Assembly (NCBI GenBank): GCA_964016885.1
Contig: OZ024744.1
Coordinates: 34,162,001 to 34,226,000 of the forward strand
Direction: 5' to 3'
From: Eledone cirrhosa
Lineage: Eukaryota
Length of the DNA stretch: 64,000 nucleotides
Shown here: piece by piece, positions 22,527 through 36,224 of the stretch
Numbering within the stretch: the stretch's first letter is position 1
How the letters are laid out: each line of letters begins with the position of its first letter
Notes under the pieces: generated by a model
Told to the model about the DNA's origin: nothing
The model's input: the letters and a program-made list of their open reading frames with translations, nothing else
The model's database searches: none
Translations under genes and position numbers: made by a program

Positions 22527-25500
22527 ATGGCTATGCTAAGAGTAGGCTGTTTAAATGCGCGTGGCCTGGGCTCAACCTGGAAGAAAGCAATGCTTCTAAA
22601 TGACCTCAGGTCACAACGTATAGATGTGATGGTTATTTGCGAGGCCTGGATCAGCAACGTGCGACAGCTGGCCCCCACCTTTGATGACTTTGAGATGCAC
22701 GCATCTCTCTGTCAGCCCGGAGGTGGGGGTGGAGTTGTCGTTCTGCTGCAAAAACATCTGGGTCTCGCAACACAGATGGTACATTTGGACCCGGAGGGTC
22801 GACTAGTGGTTCTGGACCTTGGCAGTGGTAAAGGCGGAGCGTTTAGGTTGGTAGCCGCCTACGGCCCTTTCGGGTCAATGCGGCCGGACTTCTTCCATCG
22901 TCTGGAGACTTTTCTAGGGACGTCCCGCTCCTTGCTATTAGTGGGGGACTGGAATGGTATCCTAGATGCACGCCGGGACTACGTAGGGGCCTGTCCCGAT
23001 AGAGAGGGGTGTAATAGCCTCAAAGGGTTAATCGGTCGATTTGACCTGGCCGATAGATATCGACTAGATTTTCCGACTGCGCTAACCTGGACTTGGGCAA
23101 ATCGTAGCGGAACATCTAGGTCGTACCTAGATAGGTTCTTAGTTAGAATTAAGGATAAGGACTTTTTAAGTTGTCCAAAAATGCGCATGGTTGGCTATTC
23201 AGACCACAAATTAGTGACCTGCATGGTCAACCTTGACAGAACTCATAGACAGGGCCCCGGTTACTGGAAGCTCAACTTGTCCTTACCGGTAAGTAAGGCT
23301 TACAGGAACCGGATTAGCACTTTAGTTAAGGAGCGGTTGACGGGCGCCATCGTCAACAGCAGGTGGTGGGGATCTCTCAAAAGAGAGATTAGAGTAGTCT
23401 CTATAGAATTTAGTAAGGAGTTAGCCTCCAATAGAAATAGGAAGGAAAGGGAGTTGGTAGATAGTGTAGAAGAGGCAATTAGAAGCGGCGACGTGGCCAG
23501 AGTGCTAGCGTCGAGAACGGCACTGGACCAGTTCTTCGACGCGAAACACGAAGGCTGCATCGTCCGAAGCAAAATACGTGCTCTGGGAAACGAGGGGACC
23601 AAAGCTGTTAGCTGGGCCCGCGTGACAGAAGCCAAAAGAGGGAGCAGATCCACTATCCGGTCTTTGCGAGACCAGGATGGACGAGTGATCCTTGAACCTA
23701 AGCAGATGTGCGAGGCTTTTCAAAAGCACTTTTCCGAATTGTTCGGAAGGGGCGTGGGCCGGTTGGCGACGTGGACTTCGGTCCATACCTCGACGGCCTG
23801 CCGCGTCTCTCGGACAGGGAGGCGAAGTCCTGCGAGGAGCCGATTTCAGCCGCTGAGATAGAGGACGTGCTGAGCCAATGCGGCAAACGCAAATCCCCGG
23901 GTCTCGATGGTCTTCCATACGAACTATATCTAGCTATGCCGGACTTGTTCCCCGAACTCCTCGAGGCGGTCTACTGCAACTGGCGACAGAACGGGAGAAT
24001 TCCCTGTGCTGTGACCATGGGCGTAGTCACGCTAGTGAGGAAGGACGAGAACAAGGGGGACGATATAAATAATTTCAGGCCCATAACTCTGCTAAATAAA
24101 GAGTTACAGATTTTGGCCAAGGTGCTAGCAAAGAGGTTGGCGCTTGTCGTGGGCAACCTGGTGGGAGATGCGCAGACATGTGCTATCCCGTCCAGGTCCA
24201 TCCACGATAACCTCCACCTCATGCGATACATCATAGAGAGGGTTGGGAACGAACCCGGCTTTGGTGGGGCCCTGATCAAATTGGATAAATCTAAGGCATT
24301 CGATAGGGTCGACCATGGTTACCTGGATGCGGTGCTAGCGGCGGCAGGCTTCGGACCCGTTTTCAGGGGCTGGATCACTGCTATGCACAGCAGCTGCATC
24401 TGCTCTAGGGTCAAGGTGAACGGCTACCTCTCGGAGCCGTTCGAAATCGCGCGGTCCATCCGACAGGGGTGCCCTCTCTCCTCCCTTCTGTATGTAGTGA
24501 CTCTAGAGCCACTGCTGCGGAAGTTGGAGTTATTGCAGGGCATCCCGTCGGAACCGGGATTGCGGAAAGCGGTGTCAGCCTACGCCTATGACGTAACAGT
24601 AATGGTGTCGACGGCCTCGGAAATCGGGGCGATCGGCACCTTACTGGAGGAGTACGAAAGGTTTACAGGGGCTAAGCTGAACCGGGACAAGTCGATCGGT
24701 CTGCAACTCGGCACGTGGAGGGGCAGACCGATGCCCTCCGATGGCGTCGTCGGGCGCTGGACGGAGGGCCCGGTGAAATTGCTCGGGGTCTTGTTCGGAC
24801 CAGACCTCCAGGTGGAGAAGAACTGGGGTGAGGTGACGAGCAGGGTGTTTGCACTGACCCAGAAGTGGGCCGAGTGCAAACTGTCCCTGAAAGGTCGGGC
24901 GGAGGTATCGAACACTTATATAGCGTCCGTCATCTACTACCGCCTGACCATGGTGCCTTGCCCAAGGGAAACGCTCGCCAAAATGGAGCGCGCACTCTTC
25001 CAATTCCTTTGGAAGAAGCGGGCTCCTATGGTGAGGAGATCCATCTGCTGTCAACACCCTTCGAAAGGAGGGCTGAGGATGCCGTGGCTGATGATACGTA
25101 AACACGCATTAAGGCTACGGCACCTTCAGGTATTCCTCTCCGGTCAACCGGTGTGGGCCCCGTTTGTGAGGCGAGCCTTTCCCAGACTCGTCTCACTCAC
25201 CGAGCTGCAATCCTGGGTCAAGCAAAGACCGAGAAAACTGGGCGCCTGGCACACAGAGTGTGCCCAGGCGTTCACGGCTCTATGGCAGGCGGACCCGGCT
25301 GTCAGTGGAGAATCCACCTCGTCATTCTATAGAGGGCTGGTGGTTAGCAGGTGCGACGACGCCCTCGGAGAAGCCCTAGGCATGGAGGAAGACGAACTGG
25401 CCAACCTGTTCGGTAGGACATTCAGCCCGGGACCCATAGATAACTTCCAGAGGTCCCTGGCCTGGCAATGCTACAGAAGGCCTCTGCCCGTTCGAGAAAG

Positions 25501-25963
25501 GCTCTACAGACACGGGCGCCCGGGTAGGGACCCATCGAAAAAGGTCTGTCCCAGATGCGTGTGCGACGAGGAAACGGTTGCACACGCATTGGTACACTGC
25601 TCGAGCATTGCCGATCTGTGGGGCTATGTCGAACAACTGCTGTCAAGGGTGGGACCGATCCGGTTGACCACCGAGTCTATTGTAACGATCAAGCCGCCTC
25701 CCCTCTTCAAAAACGAAGGAGAGGCTGTGTTTCTGTGCGTAATAGCCATGGCGAAAGAGGTTGTATGGTGGACGCGTCTGAAAGGACTGAGGTCAGACAC
25801 CTTTCTCTCTGGCCAACAACTGGTCCGTTTCTTCCGATATCATTTCGGAAGAAGGATCAGGATGGAGAGAGAGGTGCTGCACCCCAGCCGTTTCTATTAA
25901 AGATGGGTGAAAGTGGCGAGAATGGCCCGTGTGAATGGGCCTTCACTCTACATCAGACTATAG
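22527..25963 (+). pseudogene. Tx1 ORF2 with a frameshift near 23755, YADD changed to YAYD, and a TAA at 25898-25900
   Basis: MAMLRVGCLNARGL endonuclease start. RT motifs as in unit 1. Confidence 0.9.
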
Positions 25964-26228
25964 GTGAGGAAGATGAAAGACCAAGGGAGCACCCCTTCTC
26001 TGTGCTCCTGAGGAGAAGGGTTGCACACTTTTTTCGGGGGGGGGGGGTGCGACCCCCCAAGGCGCCTCCTCTCTATTGAGGACTTTGTTATAAATTTTAT
26101 TTTTTGTTATATATAAATTTATTTTTATATATTGTTATTGCCTCCTCCTTATTGAGGACGCCTTGTTTTGTAAACTCCCCCCATTGTACTTGTCCCACTT
26201 TTGATGCCCTGGTGGCAAATAAAAGAAA

Positions 26229-26477
26229 CATACCTATCTACCCACATACCTACCTATCTACTCACATACCTACCTACCTAACTACCTACCTACCAACCTA
26301 CCTACCTAGCTACCTACCTACATACATACCTACCTACCTACCTACCAACCTACATACCTACCTACCTACCTACCTACCTACCTACCTACCTACCTACCAA
26401 CCTACATACCTACCTACATACCAACCTACCTACCTACCTACCTACCTACCTACCCACCTACCAACCTACATACATAC
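26229..26477. repeat. (CTAC)n grading into (CATA)n
   Basis: Directly visible. Confidence 0.9.
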
Positions 26478-27401
26478 ATGATGGCTGCAAACTCTGCCAA
26501 GGGCATTGCAATCGCTTGTCAGATTCAGATGTGTACTAGAGACTTGCACTCTTCACACATTGACGACAACTATGGATCTCCCTGACTTGAGGTCCTGTAT
26601 CAGGTTGCCTGTGAACCCTCACAACACTGTGGAGATCATATTTCACTGGTTCTCTTTGAACATGGCTGCGACTGTGGCTCCTGAGACCAGATTTGCTCAA
26701 GCAAAGTTTTCCACACTCAGGGCACTTCAATTCAATGGAGACACCGATCGTTTCGAGAGATACATCAGGGCATTGCTTACGCACATCCCGTTTGATCTTC
26801 TCTTGCTCTATGCGTCAATCTTCAAAATTATGGACCCCATCATTCACTATCCCACGCCAAGTTTCTCTTTCAAGAGCTTCTATCTCCCAGTCAGCCACCA
26901 TCAAACAAATCACTTATCAGGTTATAGAAAATGGTGCACTTTTAGGCCACGGCCAGCCACACGAACCTGTAACAGATCCTGACCAAACAATGCGTGTACT
27001 TTGAAGGTTTTTTTAAGTGGAGAAAAGCCTTGCACTCGACCAATCCCACTCTCTGAGCCTCGAAAACACTACCCGAAAAGGAGAACTGGTCAATATCATC
27101 CGATGCTTCCGAAGCCGCAGGTTTTTTTTTTTTTTCAGTGTTTCCCTCTCCTAGAAAGGTGTTGTGACACCGACCGGGGCCTTTTACTCCTGGGTGGAAA
27201 AAGAAAGTACTATTTGGATGGTCGTTGACTCTGCTGAGTTCCTCCGTCCTTTGTCGAGTCTTGTATTTCATCCTGCAGGGTCCTATCAGCCTCCTCACCA
27301 AGCAAGCTTGGTGGGGTTGCCGGTTTCGTCGCCGACGATCCGACAATGAGACAGGTTGTACTGGGTTACATGTTACCAGTAGCACTCGAGAGCGACCTGA
27401 C
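26478..27401 (-). mobile_element. Short non-autonomous RTE derivative (5' UTR joined to the 3' end)
   Basis: 27001-27090 matches the RTE 5' UTR at 49307-49398. The 3' part encodes C2H2-like CPECGKLCLSKSGLRSHSRSH and ends gcagccatca + (tgta)n. Confidence 0.75.
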
Positions 27402-27439
27402 ATACATGCATGTACGTGTATATATATATATATATATAT

Positions 27440-27640
27440 CATCATCATCATCAGCGTTTAACGTCTATCATCCACGCTAGCATGGGTTAGTCGGGAGTTG
27501 TCCCACTTGAAGCAAGATTGGTTGGGTGACCGAGTCTCTCTCGTTTAGGACTACCTGGCAGGTTTTCTACGGCTGGATGCCCTTCCTAGCATCAACCACA
27601 TTTACAGTGTGGCCTGGGAACGTTTTACCATGTTACCTAC
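27440..27640 (-). mobile_element. SINE 3' portion with (ATG)n tail
   Basis: catcatcatcagcgtttaacgtc...ttttctacggctggatgcccttcct, recognised from memory as a SINE-type tail. Confidence 0.5.
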
Positions 27641-28188
27641 ACGACTACATTACAGCGTGGACTGTATCTTTTTTGTCGTGACACCTACACGACCTCGATC
27701 TCGATCTCATTATCTCATTAGTTTGGACTGGATGTTGTGGTACCAACGTAACTTTACAGAGAGAGGGTGGTGTTGGTGGGAGTGGGAGGATGGAGTAGAT
27801 GTAGTGTGTGGGATGTATATTTGGTTAAGAGGTGCCTACTCTCTGTAGGTTTCGCTTTGTACATAGACAAGGCGGGTCTTCTGTATTACTGCGTGTATAC
27901 ATGCATTTATACGTATATGTCTCCCCCCCCCCTTCTCTCTCTCTCTGCTGTTATGAGTAATAACATGAACGGTACAATGGTGGCTCTAAAATCATATTTG
28001 ATTTGCACCAGCATACCTTCTTATTTTCGACAGCTTAATCTAGAACATTCCATAGTTCTTATTATTTTACTATAACAGAAACAAAACATGAAAAAACACG
28101 AGTGCTCAATTATATATTCATACAAAATCTCCAGGCCACCAGTTCAAACATTTCAACAAATCAATACAGTTGTACCATCTCGACAGTG

Positions 28189-28415
28189 AAAGCGCTTTGG
28201 GGGAGTAGACCTTAGTGGTTATGGCTGTTTGGCACATGATAGTGAAGTTGTGAGTTCGATTCCCTGTGCCGAGTTTTATCATTACACAACACAATTTATT
28301 TCACATTTGACCAGTCCACTCAGCTGGCAAAATTAAATTGTACTTGTAATTCAAAATGTCAACCTTGTCAGTTGCTGTGTTTGCCTGAAAACTACGTTAT
28401 GGGTACATATGTCTA
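28189..28415 (+). mobile_element. Decayed tRNA-derived SINE, family B
   Basis: A-box-like ttagtggtta, B-box gagttcgattcc, core ccagtccactcagctggcaaaat. Related copies at ~29539 and ~45800 (minus). Confidence 0.6.
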
Positions 28416-28424
28416 ATGAATGCT

Positions 28425-28535
28425 CAGCCACTTGCACAGTAGCTTTCCAGCGCATCTCCCTTACCATTCTCCGGGGAAACGCCTTCTCCATTCTGTCCGC
28501 TGGGGCTGTGGTGAGGCCAGCACGTGGGATCCCAT
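28425..28535 (-). mobile_element. CRE-like retrotransposon 3' fragment
   Basis: Similar in sequence to 32575-32650 but in the opposite orientation; the coding sense FQRISLTILRGNAFSIL actually reads on the + strand, so the strand call is tentative. Confidence 0.5.
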
Positions 28536-29538
28536 TTGTTCACCATACAGAGAGAAGGGGGAGGGCGAGAGAGATGGAGGCGATGACAGTGGGAGTTCGG
28601 CTCTTCCACGTTTGAACCATATCCTTGTGGTTGTGTCCCAAATTCATGCTGTGGTCCCCTGTTTACCCAGTATTGTTCATGCTGTGTTCCCAAGTTCATC
28701 TCCAGTCTTGCTTATACTTTACATTGTTCCATACAACTGCAACACTCGTTAGCACCAACTGAAGCCGAATGCTCCCCCACACTCCTACACCCAAGCACTT
28801 CCACCACATTAAATTAGATATTAATATAATAGTAATTTCAATGATACCCTAACATCTACATTTTGAATATCTAAGTATAATCAATTCATCGCATGCTTCA
28901 TTTATAACATAGCAATTATTCATGATCATGAAAACTATTAAAGTGTTTAAAAGACTTAATAGTAGTTTGTTATTACAACAAAAGTTACATAATTGAAAAG
29001 CTTTATTCTCCTACTTAGATGAATATAATGTATATAATGTATATATTTACAGACTTCCTCGTTAAAGAAGTCATCGATTTATTCAGAAATATTTTTAGAT
29101 TCCTTTTTGTATTTGTTTATTATTTTAAAGAAAGGGAAAAATGATATTTTATAATGCAACATTCTCCCCGTTATCTTCGTAATTTATACACTCAAACCAA
29201 AGCTCAATTGGATCCGCTCACAGATCAGAGTTTGCAAAGATTTATGTGTGCCTATGAAATAAAACTCCTCGGGAGTTATTCTTAAGTTCGAAATGTACAG
29301 ATTATCAATATGCAAAGAAACAAAAGCCTCTCGGACTCTTCAGTGATATATATTGGGAAGATGGGTGATCCGTGTTTAATTTGTCGAACTGAGTGCGTTA
29401 AGACGGTTTGGTTTGGTGGCAGTTATGAGTAAAGGTTGGCGTTTGGTTCAGGGTCTTTGCTGTGTGTTCGTTGACTGATTGAAGCTATAACGGTCCTATA
29501 TCTGTATATATATATAATTTGTGTGTGTGTGTGTGTGT

Positions 29539-29880
29539 GAAGGCGCAAGAAATTAGTGGTCATAATTGTGCTCATAATTGTGAGGTTGTGAGTTAGATTC
29601 CCAGACAGGATGGTGCATTGTGTCCTTCAAAACGTCATCATATTTACTCTTGCCTTAGTTCACTCAGCTGTAAAAATGAGTTGAGACGTCATTGGTGCCA
29701 AGCTATATCGGCCTTTACCATTCCCCTGGACATCGTTGGTGAAGAAAGCAGAAAATGCTAGGCGTGGGTGGTTGCTAGACTTCCACGTAAAACAACTTGC
29801 CAAGCTTGTGCCTAAGAGGCGAACTTTCTACGTGTAAAACCCATGACCATTTGTGACTGAAGGGGATCTTTCCAATAAAT
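29539..29880 (+). mobile_element. Decayed tRNA-derived SINE, family B-like
   Basis: gaaggcgc..tagtggt..gtgagttagattcc..ttcactcagctgtaaaaatgagt. Confidence 0.55.
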
Positions 29881-29881
29881 A

Positions 29882-30715
29882 TTCTTCTTCTTCTTGAGAG
29901 GGTCGTGGGGTCAGAGTCCTCATTCACACCTTCCACTGTGTCCTGCCAGAAGCAACTGTCTCCTCTCCAACTGATCCGGCTGAATCCCTGAAACGAACCA
30001 AACTTATGGATGTTATCCAAACATTTTACTCGAGGTCTACTCTTGGGTCTCTGTCGATTGGTTTTGCCTGTAAAATCTGTCCATCGATTCTTTCCTGAGA
30101 CATTCTAACCACATATCCATTGTATCAGAGCTGTGATCTCTCAATTCGGAGAATTCTTGTACTTAATCCAGCTTCCTGTCTTTAACCACTTGTGAACACG
30201 GTCCCGAGATACTAGAACTTCTCTACCTGCTTCAGTGGAAAACCATTCACACGTAGAGTGCACTATGTTGGCTTTCTTGAGAGGACGGGTGTCTCAGTTT
30301 TCGGAGCACTGATTTTTGTTCAAGCCATGCAGCACGCGGCAGCAAACCATCAAGTGCAAGTCGGAGATCGACTTCTGTTGAGTTAAGTAACAATATGTCG
30401 TCTGCAAATTCCAACCGACTGATTTTACACCCGCCAGTCATGATACCACTTCTAACCCGGCTACGCATGTCAAACTTGGTCATAACGAAGAGAGGAGGAC
30501 AATACGCACTCTTAGCAGAGTCCGACTATCACATTGAATGATTTCGATTTAACACCATTTATCCGAACACAAATACTCTGGCATTCGTATAGAGACATCA
30601 GGACAAAAGAAGCTGAACATCGATCCCATGCTACTGCAGAACTTTCTACGAGAGATCCGAGAAACACATTCATATGCCTTTTCTAGGTCTAAAAATCAAT
30701 ACTCCCACAATTTCT
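29882..30715 (-). mobile_element. RTE LINE 3' fragment
   Basis: ISRLEFADDILLL. 3' end resembles 33600-34288 and ends in (AAG)n. Confidence 0.8.
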
Positions 30716-30727
30716 TGCTATCTAATG

Positions 30728-30880
<153 letters not shown>

Positions 30881-30954
30881 TATAATAAAGTAAGGAGTGC
30901 GGGGACTGCGATACAGTTTATTTCTTTTAATCCAGTTAGCAAAATAAGTTATAT

Positions 30955-31030
30955 AAGTTAATATTACTTTCAATAAATAATTGTTTCTACTTTAGGCACA
31001 AGGCCAGCAATTATCCAGTGCATTATTGGT
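30955..31030 (-). mobile_element. SINE family A 3' fragment
   Basis: aattgtttctactttaggcacaaggccagcaattatccagtgcatta is the reverse complement of the SINE tail. Confidence 0.75.
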
Positions 31031-31667
31031 ATATTACATAAGTTATGTACTAAATTAAATTTAATATAAATAATTTTATTGTTTATTTAAAATTGACTTC
31101 TTTTCAAAGTTTCAAATTTCTACACTTCCAGTATATAGCCGACCACCACCACCACTCCCAACTACCATATATATATAGAAAGAGAGAGTTTGTGATGAGA
31201 GAGATACAGATAGAGTGATTATGATTTTCTACACGCTGACGCGTATCTATGTGTATGTGCACATACATACATCTGTATGTATGAGTATATAACTATTATG
31301 ATTATATAACTATCATCGCACAAACACAAACTTATAAAAAATACATGCTCACGGACATACATTCGCACAGATACATATACTTTCAAACATATACTTTCAC
31401 ACACACGTATACATACATTCATACATATACATTTACACAAACACACATTCACACAAACACACATTCACACAAACACACATTCACACATATACATTTACAC
31501 AAACACACATACAGTCATACAGTCATACAGTCAAGATAGCAGCGTTCAGAGAATTGGAAATGGGAGGGGTAAAACAAATATAACGTTTTATTTATTTATT
31601 AACTCTTATTTTTAAAACTCATTTAATATAATGGTTACAGAACGAAAACACTAACAAATATAATATA

Positions 31668-33180
<1,513 letters not shown>

Positions 33181-33599
33181 TAGATATACAAAGGAAAGGG
33201 AAAGGAAAAAAAGAAAGAAAAAACTACACAAGCACGTAATGCACACATATAAGACCACATAGGCTGGATAATGCCTCTCGCCTTTACCGTTGCCTCCAGG
33301 ATGTGGGAAGAAGCAAAAGAGTCACTAACTGTGACGTCCCAGGTAAGGCACCAGCCTCTTAACCAGGAGCACAGAATAAGACCGTCAAGTCTTTTGCCGA
33401 GGGGATGTTTGCCCGGGCCAAAGCTCTTAACTGGTAATAGGACATTGTGTGTATGTGCGTGCGCGTGAGTTTGTCGGCGTTCTTAAATTAGAGACACGTG
33501 TGTGTGAGTCACTGTTTTTAAGTTAGACATATATATGTGTGTATCCCTTTCCTTGCTTTTACACACACATACATTCACACAAACATACATACACATTGT

Positions 33600-34288
33600 G
33601 TGATGGACGGGTGGACAGAAGTCCCTCAAATTTATATACATGGGAATGGAGTTCTACTGAAGCAGTTAGAGAAGTTCAATTATCTTGGAGCCGTGTTCAT
33701 GAGTGATGGAATGCAGGAGGCTGAATTAAGTGCAATAATTGCAAAAGCTGATACAGTAATGCGCCAGCATCAGCATTCAGCAATCAGAAGAAGCGGGGTA
33801 GGTGTAAAAGCCAAACTCGCTGACTTTCAGGTATTCCTGCCAACTCTTACCGAGGATCATGAGTCTTGAGTAATGACCAAAAGAATACAATTGCAAATAA
33901 AAGTGGCAGAAATGGGATTTCTCCGAAGGGTCTTTGGGGTAACGTTACTCGATAAAGTGCATAGCTCAGAGACCAGAGAGTCACTCCTGATAGAGCCGCT
34001 ACCTCTCCAAATTGAGAGATCACAACTCCGATATTATGAGCATGTGGTCAGAATGTCTCAGTAAAGAATCGCTGGACACATTTTACAGGCAACACCAACC
34101 GGCAGGAGATCCAGAGGTAGACCCTGAGCAAGATAGTTGGATAACATCCATGAGCTTGGCTGGTCACGCTTTGGGATCCAGCTGGATCAGTTAGAAATGT
34201 TTGCTACTGACAGACTCGCTGGAAGGAGTGTTTGAGAAGGACTCTTCCCCCATGACCCTCTCAGAAATAAGTCGACGAAGAAGAAGAT
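33600..34288 (+). mobile_element. RTE LINE 3' fragment
   Basis: LKQLEKFNYLG, AEMGFLRRVFGVTLLDKV, IERSQLRYYEHVVRM, (AAG)n tail. Confidence 0.85.
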
Positions 34289-34376
34289 ATTGTCAATTTA
34301 CTTTTCAATTTACATATATCTATATGCATATATATTTGCGTATAATACCAATATGTACACTACACATGTTAGCAGA

Positions 34377-34406
34377 AAACCGCCGGAGGGGCGGTTTATC
34401 TGCTAG
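34377..34406 (+). mobile_element. Helitron-type 3' terminus
   Basis: Perfect hairpin AAACCGCC/GGCGGTTT followed 5 nt later by CTAG then T. Confidence 0.6.
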
Positions 34407-34409
34407 TAT

Positions 34410-34884
<475 letters not shown>

Positions 34885-35419
34885 ATATTCCTGATTTCAT
34901 TTGTTTGGTTGAGTTGCTTACATTGGTGTGTGAGCTATCTCAGCATTCCGCCAAACCCGCAGCTATCCATCAACTGCTACAATGTTGTGGCAGCCACTAA
35001 AACAACGTCTGTGGTGTACAATTCTGACTTCGACTTCTCTGAGGATAGTTATTAACTTGACCTTCTAATGAGGGACTCCGTCCTAACTTTGCTAATTATC
35101 ATTTATATAAATGATAATTTGAAAGTATTTTTCGTGTCTTGAAACCGCGCAGTATAGGCATGAAAATTAATGATTTACTGACGTAATATAATTATATAGG
35201 TAATATACTGTTTACCTAGTAAACTGTATAAAAGCCTGCTGCCTCTATTGTTTCGCCTGTTTTATGTTACATGCTGCATGATAAGTATTGTCTCCATAAT
35301 ATTATCGTTTAAGAGCAAGCTCCAATTAAGGTATTTTTGCACCTGATTTAATTTAGTGGTTTGGTGCAACTATATCAGAATTATCATACGATTGTCAGTT
35401 AAAATGTTCATTGACTGAT

Positions 35420-35632
35420 GTAGATACTTTCATGGAATGGGAGTGAACGAGGTTTATTTTTCAACATTGTTTCCCCTTGCGGCCCACGCACTCCTTCCAT
35501 TGGTTCTAGAGTGCCTGAATCCCATTGTTGAAAAAGCTTTCATAGCAGATATGACGCCATCATCATTACGACGCTTGGTTCCCTGTTAGGGACCAGATGA
35601 TAGTCAGATAGGACAAAATCGAAAGAATATTT
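35420..35632 (-). mobile_element. Possible decayed mariner fragment
   Basis: Weak, recalled resemblance only; no ORF. Confidence 0.25.
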
Positions 35633-35740
35633 ATGTTATTTAAGTCGATTAATAGATTCTGAAGAGATCAATACAGCAGAAATGAATATTCCTTTAAAGT
35701 AATTTAATCCTGGTTGTTCATTTATATACACACACAGACA

Positions 35741-36130
35741 CATGGTGGCTGCCAACTCGTTTTCGAGTACGGCCACTACTTTATATCCATGTAGGAGAAC
35801 CCCTACCGATGCGCTGAACGAGTGTGACTTTTTAGTCCAGCCAGCGACTTGAAAACTCTGGTACAAACACTACACCTGTGACAATTATTGACACATAGTG
35901 CTGGGCCCATGGTACCATGTGACGACAAGTGCAGAGAGATCTCCAGATATAAAGCAATGCCTGTGCCGTGAAGCTTTTATAGTGAGCAAAGGCACTGCAC
36001 AAAGCCAGTCCCACTCTCTTAACCAAGATGATATTTACCAAAAAGAAGAACAAGTCAACATCATTGGATACCATCAGGGTTGCAGGTGTTATATCAGAGT
36101 TTTCCTTCTCCTAGAATTCTGCCTTGACAA
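35741..36130 (-). mobile_element. Short RTE-related remnant with RTE-type 3' end
   Basis: catggtggctgccaactcgttttcgagtacggccactact is identical to 51937-51976. Confidence 0.45.
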
Positions 36131-36131
36131 T

Positions 36132-36224
36132 ATACATACATACATACATACATACATACATACATACATACATACATACATACATACATACATACATACA
36201 TACATACATACATACATACATACA
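36132..36224. repeat. (TACA)n microsatellite
   Basis: Directly visible. Confidence 0.95.

Larger units (their letters stand above)
20498..26228 (+). mobile_element. Tx1 unit 4, apparently full length (~5.7 kb)
   Basis: 5' UTR, ORF1, ORF2 and 3' UTR with AATAAA. The 5' start ctgggatggacac is the same as in unit 2. Confidence 0.93.

Noticed and set aside
29325-29346. Minus-strand CTGAAGA-gtcc-gaga-gg half hammerhead
   Set aside because: No following GAAA or stem III, so at best a truncated relic.
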